The position numbers and the translations under genes were made by a program. From positions 496,001-560,000 of the forward strand of contig QPGO01000003.1 of the NCBI GenBank assembly GCA_008632985.1: a DNA stretch of 64,000 nt. The letters are read 5' to 3'. Positions within the stretch are counted from its first letter, which is position 1. The number at the start of each line of letters is the position of its first letter. The notes below the pieces were generated by a model. The model searched no databases. It was given only the letters and a program-made list of their open reading frames with translations, and was not told the origin of the DNA. Source of the DNA: Psammoneis japonica (lineage: Eukaryota). Positions 12,688 through 25,913 of this stretch are shown here, one piece after another.

Positions 12688-15165
12688 ATGAACAGCGACA
12701 AACACAGTCAGAAAGACCATGGTGAAACATGTGGAAGGCCAGGTCAAGCATTGAACGAATCAAACAACCACGAGCAAAATGAGGGACAAAACGTCGAATC
12801 AAACAACACGAAACTCTCGACGAACTGTCACACGTCTAAGAACAAAAGAAAGAAGAAGAAACGCCAACCCGAAAACAAGCTAGCACAAGGGAGACAAATC
12901 GTAGAAGAGCACGTTGATCTGGATGTTTCTGGCGAACAACACTCGACGAACTGTCTCACTTCAAAGAACAACAGAAAGAAGAAGAAACGCCGACCCGAAA
13001 ACAAGCGAACCCAAGGGAGAGAAATCGAAGAAGAGCACGCTAATCCGAATGTTTCTTGCAATCCAAACAAAGCACCGACCAAGAAGGAACCACGAGCATC
13101 ACTCGCTGGGGCTTCTCCCGTCCGCCGACGCCAAGCAATTCGACATGATGTTCTTCGCGGAGACAAAGCGACACAAAGTGTATGCCTGAAAATCAATTCT
13201 CCACCAACACCTGTTCCTCCACCTCGAGATGAACGTTTCTTCGATGAACCGATTGAAGAAGACCAAACTGCTAAGGTGAACAAGGCAAAACGCCGTGATC
13301 GCCAGGATGCCTTGTTAAAACAAGAAGGCAAAAAGGAATTCAAAGTACAACGCGCTTTGAGCCAACAGGTTTCAACGAGAAAGAGAAGAAAAACGCGTCA
13401 GGCAAGTAGAGTGGAGAGAATAAGAGACGAAGAAAGTGCCGAAGAGCAAGTCGATCCATTTGATGCTGTTGTTGAAGGTAACTCCAGAACTGTACAATGT
13501 ACGGAGGAACCACCAGTGCCATCGGTTGGTGCTTTTGCGGTCCATCGAGGTCAAACGATTCGACGTGGTGCTCGTCACGAAGACAACACCGAGTCGCAAT
13601 GGTCGGATTTGGAAACCGCTCATTCGGACCTGTCGTTAATGGCGTCTGTTTCTCCTCACGATGTCGGCACACCAATTCTTTTGGAGGCGCAGCTCGCACG
13701 GCCGATTGAAGATCTTGAAGCTGAACTGTCGCGCCGACAATCGGAGCACGGAGAACAAATGCATCGGCTGCAGGAGGAGGTACAGGATCTTCGTCAGTCG
13801 CAGCCGCCGAATCTCCCACTCGTGCATGCAAAAGTAGCAAAAGGAAACAACAAAAGGGTGCGACTGGTGGTTGCTTTTGCGATAGTGCTACTTGTTGTTG
13901 GTGGAGTTGTCGTTGCAATATCAGCTTCAACTCAGCGACAGACTGGGTCGCCGACCACTGTTCCAACCACTGTCATACTGAATGGAACCTGGAGTCAGAT
14001 TGGTCAAGATTTGAGTGGGAACGCTACGGAAGATTATTTTGGCACTTCTGTCTCGATGTCGCGTAATGCAAGAGTTATGGCCGTGGGAGCAACTCAAAAG
14101 TATTCTAAAGGCGACACTCGTGGATACGCTTCTGTGTTTCAATTGGAAGAATCAACTCAATCATGGAAAATCATGGGCCAAATTCTGAGAGGAGAAGGAA
14201 TCCAAGCCGTGTACGGCAGATCGGTTGCATTGAACGACAATGGATTGAGACTAGCAGTCGGAGCTCTACAGAAGAGCGAAAGCGGTGGTACTTCTGATTC
14301 TGGTTATGTACGAGTCTACGAGTACAATGTTACCGCTCAAGAGTGGTTCCAACTTGGAACGGATGTGACAGGAGACATCGTGGGGGATGAATTTGGCATT
14401 TCAGTGGCATTATCCGATACGGGAGACACTCTCTTGGTTGGAGCCCGTAGGGGAGACACCGTGAATGGGCTCAATTCTGGATGGGTTCGTGCATTCCGAT
14501 ACGTCCGCGGTAGCTGGGTACAGATTGGACAGACACTTGACGGGCCATCCCAACATGATTTGTTTGGTGAATCGGTGTCCATGAACCGTGCTGGTACTAT
14601 TATTGCGGTTGGGGCGCGTTCCGTGGATGATGGCGGAAAGAACGCTGGGCAAGTGTCCATGTTTCGATATGATTCGACATTAGACTTGTGGGCACCAATG
14701 GGTGAACCACTCATTGGAGAAACTGGAGACTTGCTTGGAATTTCGGTTTCTCTTAATGATGATGGATTGATCGTTGCGGCGGGAGCATCCAAGGTGAGCG
14801 ATGAGAAGGTTTTTGTCTATGCCTACGACACTGCAGGAGAAGAATGGGTGCAACGCGGCCCAACCATTCATACTCGTCAACCCGGCGATGGCTTTGGTTA
14901 TTCAGTGGCATTGAATGGAGAAGGAGATAGGTTGGCTGTAGGAAGTCGTTTGTACAACGCGAGTGGACATGCTGTATTGCTAAAGTATGACACTAACAAG
15001 GGCGAGTGGTATCAATTGGGTGAGGGTGTATTTGGCAAAGCCGAATTCGATCGTCTCGGAAATGCAGTGACGATTTGTGGAAATGGGACCATTGGAATTG
15101 GTTCAACTGGGAGTGATCCCAATGGCGATAGCTCGGGATCGGCGTTTGTGTTCAGAGTTAATTAA
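12688..15165 (+). CDS. Single-pass membrane protein with C-terminal FG-GAP-like (beta-propeller) repeats, paralogue 1
   Basis: ORF 12583..15165, with a likely start at MNSDK (shared with paralogue 2): charged disordered N-terminus, TM helix LVVAFAIVLLVVGGVVVAI, then about 7 repeats of W-x-Q-x-G...D-x-FG-x-SVSL...LAVGA. Confidence 0.88.
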   Translation: MNSDKHSQKDHGETCGRPGQALNESNNHEQNEGQNVESNNTKLSTNCHTSKNKRKKKKRQPENKLAQGRQIVEEHVDLDVSGEQHSTNCLTSKNNRKKKKRRPENKRTQGREIEEEHANPNVSCNPNKAPTKKEPRASLAGASPVRRRQAIRHDVLRGDKATQSVCLKINSPPTPVPPPRDERFFDEPIEEDQTAKVNKAKRRDRQDALLKQEGKKEFKVQRALSQQVSTRKRRKTRQASRVERIRDEESAEEQVDPFDAVVEGNSRTVQCTEEPPVPSVGAFAVHRGQTIRRGARHEDNTESQWSDLETAHSDLSLMASVSPHDVGTPILLEAQLARPIEDLEAELSRRQSEHGEQMHRLQEEVQDLRQSQPPNLPLVHAKVAKGNNKRVRLVVAFAIVLLVVGGVVVAISASTQRQTGSPTTVPTTVILNGTWSQIGQDLSGNATEDYFGTSVSMSRNARVMAVGATQKYSKGDTRGYASVFQLEESTQSWKIMGQILRGEGIQAVYGRSVALNDNGLRLAVGALQKSESGGTSDSGYVRVYEYNVTAQEWFQLGTDVTGDIVGDEFGISVALSDTGDTLLVGARRGDTVNGLNSGWVRAFRYVRGSWVQIGQTLDGPSQHDLFGESVSMNRAGTIIAVGARSVDDGGKNAGQVSMFRYDSTLDLWAPMGEPLIGETGDLLGISVSLNDDGLIVAAGASKVSDEKVFVYAYDTAGEEWVQRGPTIHTRQPGDGFGYSVALNGEGDRLAVGSRLYNASGHAVLLKYDTNKGEWYQLGEGVFGKAEFDRLGNAVTICGNGTIGIGSTGSDPNGDSSGSAFVFRVN

Positions 15166-15249
15166 AGTAACTTGTGTGCAGTTGCGTAAAAAGCAGATTA
15201 CGAGTTAACTTGAATGGCAGGTTGCAAGCTTCCAATTCTTATGTGCTGG

Positions 15250-18200
15250 TACGGTGCTTTCTGGCTCGCGGCCATGTTTTGGGAAATGGTTTTGTGCGTT
15301 TGTTTTGCTCCTGTCCCTCGTGTCCCTTGCACTCTACATTGCCAACACAAAATCCCTGCCTTGCGCGGCTTTTCAGCATCATGGATGGTCCTGTCCACAG
15401 CCATCATTGTCTGGTCGGTGGTGCACATGGGCCAACAGCCCGAATGTCCATTTTCGAATGCACCAACCACCTTTCAACAGCTGCCTCCCAAGTCTGTTTG
15501 GTTGTCAAAGAGCTGGATGACAGGACAGTGTTGGATGCTGGATCTTTCTTTGAATGTAACAAGATCAAGGGCCAGCAGGTGCTTGCTGAGTTTGTCACAT
15601 GCCACCCATTGCATGTGCTGAGCAAGTGTCTGCAAAGCCACTGGAAGACCCCAGAAGCAGTGGAGTGGTCGGGTCCAATTGACAAATCAACCTTCTTTGA
15701 CACCTGCATGGAACCGGAACTTCTTGATGATGGAAGTGCTTCTTTGATGTGCTTGAGGACTCTAGCCCTAATTTCTTCTGGTTTGACAAGATCCACACAC
15801 CCCATCACCTCACAGATGCTGCTCGTTTTCATGATCCTGTTGCTCTGTTGGAAGAAGCACTTGTCAGACCAGTTGTCTGCAATGCACCCACCACTCAGTT
15901 GCTTGCCAGCATGCCCCAAGCTGAGATGCTGGTGTCAAATCAGCGGGCACTCGTTGGCCTGTCGGGCGAGTCCCTGGATGTTTTCACAATGCTGAGCAGC
16001 GCCAATGTCCAACTGGATGCCATGGAGCTTCCCAAATTGATTTGCTCATCCCCAATGAAAAAAAGAGTCAAAATCTAAAGGCAGGTCAAAAGCTTTTGTC
16101 AGAGATGCACACCCGTTTTGGTCATCTGAACTTTGGCCTTGTGGTGCAAGCCCTTTTTTGCACAGTCCCTTTTTTGTCAAATTGGCTCAACACAGCAGCA
16201 AAGCATGACCACCCAAGATGTGAAGTGTGCGAGCATGCCAAAGGACACAAACAATCTCTGGGCTCTGCCCAAAAGATGGCAGCCCCAGGGTGAGATGGGT
16301 CCCTTCAAGCTGACCATTTTTTGACCCTGTCAGAGGCTGTCAGTGTCAACCACTTTGAGTTGTGCCTGCTGGGCCAAACCTTCGACTCATGTGGCAAGGC
16401 CACATCCAAGCAATTCAAGGGAGAGCACATCTTGGCAGACCATGTCAGGACACCTTCATGCAGAACATTGGCCAAGCTTCTTTGCTGTGGAGATGGCTGG
16501 AGCAAAACAAGCATTTGAGGAACATGCTCTAGAGCTCAGGGGCATCAATCAAGAATTGATTGCCAACAGCGGCACACTCAAGGACAACTCTTTCATCCAG
16601 CACATGAGAGAGCATGGGCAATGTCTTAGATTCTGTTGTGCCAATGCCTGCCAGCCCCATCAGAGTGGAGCAGCCAAATGCAGTGTTTGACTGGTCTCCA
16701 GCATGGCAAGAGCAGTGCTGCTTTGTGCATCAATTTGTCAGAAGGGAGGGGATGACAGTTCACAGTGGCCCATGGCTGCATCTCATGCTGCGCACATCTG
16801 CAATCTGCAATGTCACCCTCAACATTCAAGGGTGTTGCTCAGTGGACATTTTCACCAGCTCCACAGTGCCTTGCTGCTGTCCAAGAGACATGTTCACACA
16901 TGGGGGTGTGTCTGGCACACATCCTTGACCCTGTTCTTACACCTGAGAAGAAGTCACCTTGATGGCAGCCTCACACTCACCATGGCCTTTTTGTCAGCTT
17001 GAGTGTGCCCCACTCAGGTGAGGCACCCCTTGCACTCAATCTTGAACTGGGAACATTGCTGCTCATCATTGTGTGGTTTTTGATGACCCACTTGCTGCTG
17101 CTGCATTGGCCAAGAGGGAGACAGATGCACATTGTTGCTGGGAGCAACTGTGTCTCAAGCAGTTGATTTGCATCCCTCTTGAGAAGGACCAGATGATGCA
17201 CCTGCAAGATGAGTGGCTTGCGCCTCCTGAGCACCAGTGCAAGGAGCAAGAAACAGCCAGAGAGACTCGCACTCACAACAGCTTCCAACAAATTCCATCA
17301 ACATCTGTGGTGAATCAACCTGCTCCTTGCAACAATGCAATGAATGGAGTCCATGCTCATGACTCTAGAGCCAACTCAAGTCCCGCCAATGACTCAAGAT
17401 GCTGCAGTTTCTGCAGAGTCTGCACTGGCTCAGCCACCTCCACCTCAAGAGGGTGACAAACTTCTGCCAAATGAAGCACCCCCCAAACCAACAGCACCTC
17501 CTCCAGCCAGAGCACCACCCACACCAAAATCAGAGGGAGAGTTGGGGCTGCAGTGGTCTTCAAGTTCAACCAGAGGTCAGCTTTGTTCTGCAAAGTTCAC
17601 AGGTGAAGTGTGCTTTGGCTCAGCTGAGGAAGAAGAGGTGCCAGTCAGACATGAAGCCCAGCCAGTGCATCTGGCCACTCTCAAGACCAATTTGGACAAT
17701 GACGCACGCAATGTTGGCAACCCCAGGGCCCACATGACAAGTGAAAGAAGTCCAGGAACCCCAACATGCCTTTGTTGTGCAATGCTCTGAAGAGTCAAGA
17801 TGTGGAAGAGTGGGACAAGGTGATGAAAACCAAAGTCAATGCACTCATCTTGTGACAAGCAAGCCCAGAAGCTGGTCAAACACACACTGAAGATGAGTGT
17901 GCTCCCTTGCATGTGGGCTTTCAAACTCAAATGGCTGCCAGATGGAATGTTGCCAAAGCACGCAAGGCCTGGCTCTGCTTCCACGGTGATTTACAGAAAG
18001 AGGGGGTGATTGTTTTGAGACCTGAGCACTGCTGGCAGTGCAGCGGCCCAGCATTTGAACAATGCTTGCTGCTGTGTTGAAAGAAGGATGGGCTGTGCAT
18101 CACAAGCATGCCTCAACTCAGCCTTTTGTCAAGAAGTCTGTGCGTCAACTCAACATGGTCCTCAAGCTTTTGAAAGGACCACACATGGCCTCAAGCAGTC

Positions 18201-18656
18201 TCCCAAGTGCTTTCATGAGAAACTGCAAGCCAGCTCACTTGAACGTGGGTGGGTGCCTTCAGCTGCAGACCCAAGTCTGTGCTTCAAGGAAGACAAGATG
18301 ATGTGTGTCATGCACATTGCAGCATTTGCTGGTGCATCAGCAGAAGCCCTTGAAGAGGAGATTCACAAGCCAGGAGTCTCTGACAATGAGCATCGCCATG
18401 CACTCCAACTCAGGGGCCACAGATGGATGTGCTCCACACAGGCCAGCTGGAAAGGCTCTGACGGGCTGGTGATTAAGCTCTCTTGGTTCTTGAGAGGGAG
18501 AGTCATGAATGAAGTGTCATTTTGGCCCCAGAACAATGGCCAATCTGTTTGCACATTCAAGACCCAAGTCTGCATTTTTATCTCACCATTGAAGTTGCAA
18601 TTTCCAGAATCACAGTGACTTCTGCCACAATTTCCAGAACAAGACTTGCTTCAATG
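15250..18656 (+). mobile_element. Old degenerate Ty1/copia pol relic
   Basis: Fragmented motifs in copia order: MHTRFGHLNF...RCEVCEHAK (pre-integrase zinc finger), VSVNHFE (integrase), VLPCMWAFKLKWLPDG and THGLKQSPKCFHEKL (RT). Many stops and frameshifts; depleted of both CpG and TpA. Confidence 0.75.
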
Positions 18657-19102
18657 TGCAGTGCACAGCCACTTGTGAGAGTCAATGCATCACGGCGACG
18701 TGTTGCAGCTTAAATGTCACAAAGGTTGTGACAAAAACAACCTTTTGTCTGCATGCACACTGCGTTGTGAATTCACAGCGGAGTGGTTCATTGCGCAACC
18801 ATTGGGCAGAAGGCCAGGGGTTCAAAATCCTGAGTGGGAGTTGTCTGCAGCAACGTTGATCACTTTTGAACGCATGAAAACTCTGCACAAGTTCTGCATG
18901 TTCCTTTGCATGTACCCACACTGTTCCGCCAAACACGCTCAATGTTGTGTCATGCCAGTGAGAGCTGCAAGGCTGCGTGACACATGGGGAGGAGTGCAAT
19001 GTGCAGCTGCTTGTAAGAGCCAATGCATCACGGCAACGTGTCACAGTTTAAATGTCACAAAGGTCATGACAAAAACAACATTTTGTCTGCACGCACACTG
19101 CA
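18657..19102 (+). mobile_element. TRIM-like element, copy B
   Basis: Homologous to copy A with two ~110-bp terminal repeats, PPT GGGGAGGAG and 4-bp TSD AATG (18653-18656 and 19103-19106). Confidence 0.9.
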
Positions 19103-19106
19103 AATG

Positions 19107-22100
19107 TCTGCTCACCTTTGTTGCTGTTGCTTGTGCCACCATTGTGCTCTCTGTCACATGACAGGGCTGTCTCTTGACTCATGTGGGATGTTGACAGTGC
19201 CCTGGTGGGGTTGATGTGTTGGCTTTCTCATTTCTCGTTGCAGCTGTTTTCAGAGTTGTTGAGCCCCCGTGGACCTTGATGTCCTTGGCATCTCTGTCTT
19301 TTGGTCTGCCAGTTTTTCTCATGCTTGCAAACCACTCCTCCAAATCTTGCTGTGCATTTCAACAAATGCATGGATCAGGTTGGCAAATCTCTTGGGACTT
19401 CTCTTCTGAATTTGCAAAGCTTTGGCAACCTCATCTGCACCTCATCAAACTTGCTGATGGCACCATCAATCTCAGCATCCCTTGGCTCATGATGGCCAGA
19501 TTGATTTGATGAAAACTGTTGCAACCTTTGATGCCACCAGGCCCAGAAAAAAGTGAAATCACATCATGCCATCAAAGTGCCTCAGGCTTGTAGTTGTGTC
19601 TGCCACCTTGGAAAAAAGGAACAGGTTTTTGGAGATTTGCTCTCTTTGGACAAGAAGAGGACCATGCAAGACATTCAAAACCTCAAGACTGAGCTGCTGA
19701 AAAGCATCTGTGATGGCATCAATGATGTGCATCCCTGCTCAAATGTGACCTGCAGATTCATTTTGAATTGCTGTCAATTGGTGATGTTGGGTCTTCACTC
19801 AACTCATCAACCAAAACATTGATCACGTCCTTGGTGCTGCAAATGTGCTCCTCCTGCCTGGTCATCATTTGCTGCTTGACCAGGTTCACCTGATTTTTGT
19901 GCAATGCAGGCCACCTGAATTTTTTGATTTCTTTGGCACACTTTCTTTTCTGGAAGTGCGCTCACTTTGGTGTGACAGTGGCACTCAGAGAACTGCCTCA
20001 CAAACAAACAACAGAGTGATGCAGCAGCCAATGTCACTTCTCAGGTGGCTGCATTGTGGTGGGCCATCACTCAAAATCAGCTCACAGAAGTGCAGTGACT
20101 GATGCTGGCTTTGCTGCCTGCTCAAGGAGGAGCTTTCACATTGATTTGATGACATTTTGGGTTGAAAAAAGTGGGCCGTCATCGTCCCTGAAAGCCATGG
20201 CCATTTTCACTGCAAGCTGGCTTGCATTTGTTTTGTTCATTTTGCTTCAAAGCCATGAATGTGGTCAGTCTTTAACAAAATGTTCACAATGTTGAACAAA
20301 GCACAAAACATTTGTTTTTGTGCAAGAAGGGGCATGTGCATGCCACCTGACTTTGTGGAGCAAGTTGCAAGAAGAATGTGACCACAAGGTTCTCTGTGAA
20401 AAGGTGCCAGTCATTCTCACCATGTGACCAAAATGGTCAATTCCAGTTTGTTTGTGGCTCCTTGGCAAAGTGCCAAGGTGGCCTCTGCTGCTGTGGTTTT
20501 TCCTGCTCTGACAGGCCCACAAAGAGCGTGCTTTTGTGCTGGTCATGGAATGATGGGTTCTTCCAAATCCCCAAGATGCAAAAATCACAGTGTTTTGGCT
20601 TTGTGAGTGCTTCAAAGAGAGTCCACAATGGCTGGGCGTGCTCTGCACAAAACCATGGGTGGGATCCACATGTGGTGGTCCAGCCCATCATGTGAGAGCT
20701 GGCCAGTGGCTCTTGCTGCCCACTGGGGGGGCTGCATGCACAAGATTCTCCTTTCCAACAATGTGTCTCCCACAAATGCACTGCAACTCACATTCATCAA
20801 AGACAAGACAGTTGTGCTGTTCTTGCGCACCTCACAAAAGGGAGACTCTGGGATCGAACATGCCCCCTGTCCAAGCAAGGCTGTTTGGCAGCCACGGCCC
20901 ATCTTCTTTTTTCTGCCCAACTCTGTGACACACCACTGCATTTGCAAGCATGGCCTTTCCCATGCAATGGGAGCCAAACAAATGAGGCACCAATGAGGTG
21001 TGCAGTGTGCATCACCTGTGCTCAACAGCTGCCTCAAAAAAGCCTTTCCAAGCCCATGACAAGGAGTCTTGATGCTTCAACTGGTGCTTGCAGTGCTGCT
21101 CACACAAACCACCTTTTCAAAACTCATTGCCACACTGCAAACTTTGTTTTTGGTTTGAGAGTCAAGCACATCATTGCCCAAATGCACAGAAGTTCAGCAA
21201 GAACCACCCCTTGTCAGCTCGTCACTTTTCACTGAGAAAGCTGGCTGCTCCAAAGTGGGGCTCAAGTTGGCCTCACATGGAGCATGTCCCCCATCTGTTG
21301 GCGCTGCTTTGACTGACACTTCTGCCTCCAGTGATGCAAAAGAGTGCAAAGTTGAGTCACTGCTTCATGACCACTTTTTTCTCACAGGCCTGCAACACAA
21401 ATGCACTGGCTTTTCTTGAAGTGCAGCAAACTCCATTGAAGCCATCAGGCTGGCTGCAAGAGCAGCCGCCCCAAGGCAACATGAGTGGCAAGATTGACTT
21501 TGGTGAAACAATCTAAGACATTCTGCCAATGAGAATGGTTTCTGGATTTTGCCCCTCTCCCCAAAACGCAGTGGCTCTTGGATGTTGCCTGTGCATGAGG
21601 CCACGGGCCAATTTTGCTGTGTGTCATGTGTTGTCACAAGCTGCTGCTCCTTCCTTGCTCCTGAAATTTGCCACCAATTCTCTGTTGCAGCATGCCAGAG
21701 ATTGCAGCATTGAAGTTCCACCATCAGACCACGTGTGTTTTGCAGCAGAGTGGCCTTGCCGAGTCACACGACTTGTTCTCATGCAACTTCGGAGAAACTC
21801 TTGATTCATCCAGCTGGCAGGCAAGCTCCCATGCGTGATTTTGCCGATCACACGACTTGCGAGCCGATTTTCAGCTCTTGAAGTCGTGTGGTGTCGGAAC
21901 ATCTGTGGCATGTCTTCTGCGCAATCTTCGCATGAGGTGCTCGCACGACTTGTTCAAGAACCCTCACCTCCAACTTGCCTCCAAAGAACAAAAGCACACA
22001 AAAACACACACCGGCATCGATGGGCCATGAGACAACACCAGCACCATGGCAGAGAAAAAAACAACCTGCGACTTCGAAAGTGCTCTTGATGCTCTGATGC

Positions 22101-22880
22101 ATCCAGATGAACTTGGTGTTGGAGATGAAAACTCTCCACCAACTGGGCATGCCACTGGAGAGGGAGATTGCACTGATGGGGATGTGACGATTGTTGGGGT
22201 GAAGCCCTCTGCGTGCAACAACATTGCTGACAGAGAACCTTTGTTGGAGGCTCCAAACATCCCAAAGGAGGCTGACATCGAGGAAATGGAAGGAAAGAGG
22301 CGCCTGCCAAACCTGACAAAAGAGGTCAATCAAGAGCTCTGTTGGGATCTCTTGACGTTAATTAGCACGCGAAATGCCCACTTGCCAATGCCAGCGGGTG
22401 AGAGCGATCCAAAATGGGAGGAGATTTTCCACTTGTTCCATGATCCTGTTAAAGGACCAGCGAGAGGCCATTCTCCACCAGAGGCACCAAGCAAAATTCA
22501 CAATTGGCGCAAAGCAAATCTCAAAAGAATTCGTGTTTTGGCCGCGAAGTGTGATGCAAAGGCGGGGAAAGGATCTGAGAAGGATGCGACGGGATGTGAG
22601 GTTCTGGCAAAGACTCTCAACGAAGCAAGGCTTTCAGCACAGGCAGCAAAGAAAGATGAGACTCAAGAGGAACGCAACAAAGCAGCAGCGAGAAAAGCGA
22701 CAAACGAGAGCTGTGAGTCGGAGCTTGGCCTCACACCTCCAGCTCCATTCAATGGAGGCAAGCACTCAACCTGGAGCCATGACGTTGAGCCAACCGACAG
22801 GGTCAGCTGCTTCTCAAGTACGCTTCGTAAGACACGCACGCTTTTTCCTTGCACATTGCAAAACGTCTTCTCCACGTAAA
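19107..22880. mobile_element. Degenerate transposon block, including a possible DNA-transposon end and accessory ORF (22046-22879)
   Basis: TpA/CpG-depleted. Repeated CACACGACTT motifs in both orientations at ~21765-21950. ORF 22046..22879 has protein-like composition but no Tyr in 277 aa. Confidence 0.45.
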
Positions 22881-23054
22881 ATGCACGTACGAACCATGCT
22901 GGTTTTCTGATTCTTCAAGAAGGCATTCATCCAAACGTCGGAAAGCGGGTTGCACTGCATCATGCCGCGACCCGTCCGCAAGAGTGTTTGTGTGTTGCCC
23001 ACTTTTTGCACCTCATGCTCTTCTGTGATGCGCCTCCCGAAAAAGCAAGGACGA

Positions 23055-25429
23055 TGAACAGCGACAACGACAGCCAGAAAGACCATGGCGAAACATGTGG
23101 AAGAAGGCCTGGTCGAACATTGAATAAACCAAACATCCACGAGCAAAATGAGGGACAAAACGTTGGATCAACCAACAAACAACGCTCCACGAACCATCAC
23201 ACTTCTAAGAACGAAAGGAAGAAGAAGAAACGCCGACCAGAAAACAAGCGAACCCAAGAGAGAGGAATCGAAGAAGAGCACGTTCATCCGGATATTTCGG
23301 ACAATCCAGACAAAGCACCGACCAAGAAGGAACCACGAGCATCACCCGCTGGGGCTTCTCCCGTCCGCCGACGCCAAGCAATTCGACGTGATGTTCTTCG
23401 CGGAGACAGAGCGACACAAAGTGTATGCCTGAAAATCAATTCTCCATCAACGCCTGTTCTGCCACCTCGAGATGAACGTTTCTTCGATGAACCGATTGAA
23501 GAAGACCAAACTGCTAAGGAGAAGAAGGCAAAACGCCGTGGTCGCCAGGATGTCTTGTTAAAACAAGAAGGCAAAAAGGAATTCAAAGTACAACGCGCTT
23601 TGAGCCAACAGGTTTCAATGAGAAAGACGAGAAAAAAGCGTGAGGCAAGTAGAGAGGAGAAAAAAAGAGACGAAGAAAGTGCTGAAGAGCAAGTCGATCC
23701 ATTTGATGCTGTTGTTGAAGGTAACTCCAGAACTGTACAATGTACGGAGGAACCACTTGTGCCATCGGTTGGTGCTTTTGCGGTCCATCGAGGTCAAACG
23801 ATTCGACGTGGTGCTCGTCACGAAGACAACACCGAGTCGCAATGGTCGGATTTGGAAACCGCCTGTTCGGATCTGTCGTTAATGGCATCTGTTTCTCCTC
23901 ACGATGTCGGCACACCAATTCTTTTGGAGGCGCAACTCGCACGGCCGATTGAAGATCTTGAAGCTGAACTGTCGCGCCGACAAGCGGAGCACGGAGAACA
24001 AATGCATCGGCTGCAGGAGGAGGTACAGGATCTTCGTCAGTCGCAGCCGCCGAATCTCCCACTCGTGCATGCACAAGCGGCAAAAGGAAACCACAATAGG
24101 AAGCAACTGGTGGTTGCTTTTGCGGTAGCACTACTAGCTGTTGTCGGTGTTGTCGTAGCAATAGTAGCTTCAACTCAGCGGCAGACGGAATCGCCGACCA
24201 GCGTACCAACCACTGTCATGTTGAATGGAACCTGGACTCAGATTGGACAAGATTTGAATGGGAACGCTACGGAAGATTATTTTGGCACTTCTGTCTCGAT
24301 GTCGCGTGATGCAAGAGTCATGGCTGTGGGAGCAGCTCAAAAGTATTCTAAAGGCGACACTCGTGGATACGCTTCCGTGTTTCAATTGGAAGAATCAACT
24401 CAATCGTGGAGAAGCATGGGCCAAGTCTTGGTGGGAGAATCTAGTCATGCCGTTTTTGGAAGATCTGTGTCCTTAAACAGTGACGGGACGATTCTGGCTG
24501 TTGGAGCACTACTCAAAAGCGATGCTCGATCTGATGCTGGTTATGTACAGGTCTACAAATACAACACCGTCACAGAAAAGTGGGTGCAACTCGGCAGTGA
24601 CGTTAGAGGAGATACGGGAGGGGACGAATTTGGTATTTCTGTGGCGCTGTCTGACACGGGAGACATGCTAGTGGTGGGAGCACGGAGAGCCGACATCAGC
24701 AATAGGACAAATACTGGATTGGTTCGTGCATATCGATACAACCGTGGCATCTCATCATGGGTGCAACTTGGCCAGGTGCTTTCCGGTCAAGCAGCATATG
24801 ATCTTTTTGGTGAATCTGTGTGCTTGAGTAGTTCCGGTTCTATTCTTGCGGTTGGGGCACGTTCAAATGATTTCGGAGGGAAAAATGCTGGTCAGGTCTC
24901 CATTTACCAATACAACTCGACGTCGTCATTATGGGGGCGAATGGGTTCACCCATAAACGGAAATCTCGGTGGTTTGCTGGGAAGTTCTGTTTCTCTTAGC
25001 GACAATGGTATGATTGTTGCCGCAGGTGCACCGGGAGTAACTGAAGAGATGGTTCTAATTTATGCCTATGACAGTGAAACTTCAGCATGGATACAAAGAG
25101 GCCAAACCCTGAAGACTCAACAGCCGGGAGATGGATTCGGTTACTCTGTGTCATTGAATGGAAAAGGAAGCATGTTGGCCGTAGGAAGCCGTTTACACAA
25201 TGCCAGTGGATTAACAGATTCTGGTCAAGTTATCATGCTAAAGTATGACATAAAAACGGATGAATGGCAGCAGTTGGGTGAAGGCTTGAGTGGTGATGCC
25301 GCAGAAGATCGGCTAGGAAATTCAGTTTCGCTCGCTAGAAATGGAGCCATTGTAGGAATTGGTTCAACTGGGAGTGATCCCAATGGTGACAGATCGGGAT
25401 CGGCATATATATTCAAAATGATTCAGTAG
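23055..25429 (+). CDS. Single-pass membrane protein with FG-GAP-like repeats, paralogue 2
   Basis: ORF 22988..25429, colinear with paralogue 1; near-identical over much of the N-terminal half and more diverged in the propeller. Confidence 0.88.
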
Positions 25430-25913
25430 GTAGAGAGCCACTAGAGACGCCGCGCCGAAAGCAGACACGTGTGGAGTGTCGAAAGTGCCCTAAAGATGTA
25501 AATGTTAGCTTTCTCATTCCTCTAGAGGTGCTACTGTTTCAAAGTGTTTGAAGTCGTCCTTATGTAACATCCAAATTCTGAGCGACTTTTTTCTAAAACC
25601 ACGATGCCCTAGAGAGTTGAGAGCATTAGGAAACCACTACTCTAGCTAGAGCGCCGACTGAATTGAAATTACGAACAATGTACTCGCACTGGTACATGAA
25701 AAAGCGGCTCTCTATAAGACCTCTTGCGCGAGACCAGATAAATGTATTTTTTCCAATCTGTCCGCCCTTGTTTCAAAGCAAGCCATTGCCCACCCACCAC
25801 AATTAGACTATACGAAGCTCTTCTGATTGTCACTGCAACACCATTGTTATTGACGTCGAGTCGTTTGCTTTTCAATTCCACAGTCGTTCCGTGTTCGACA
25901 TTCTGTGAAATTT

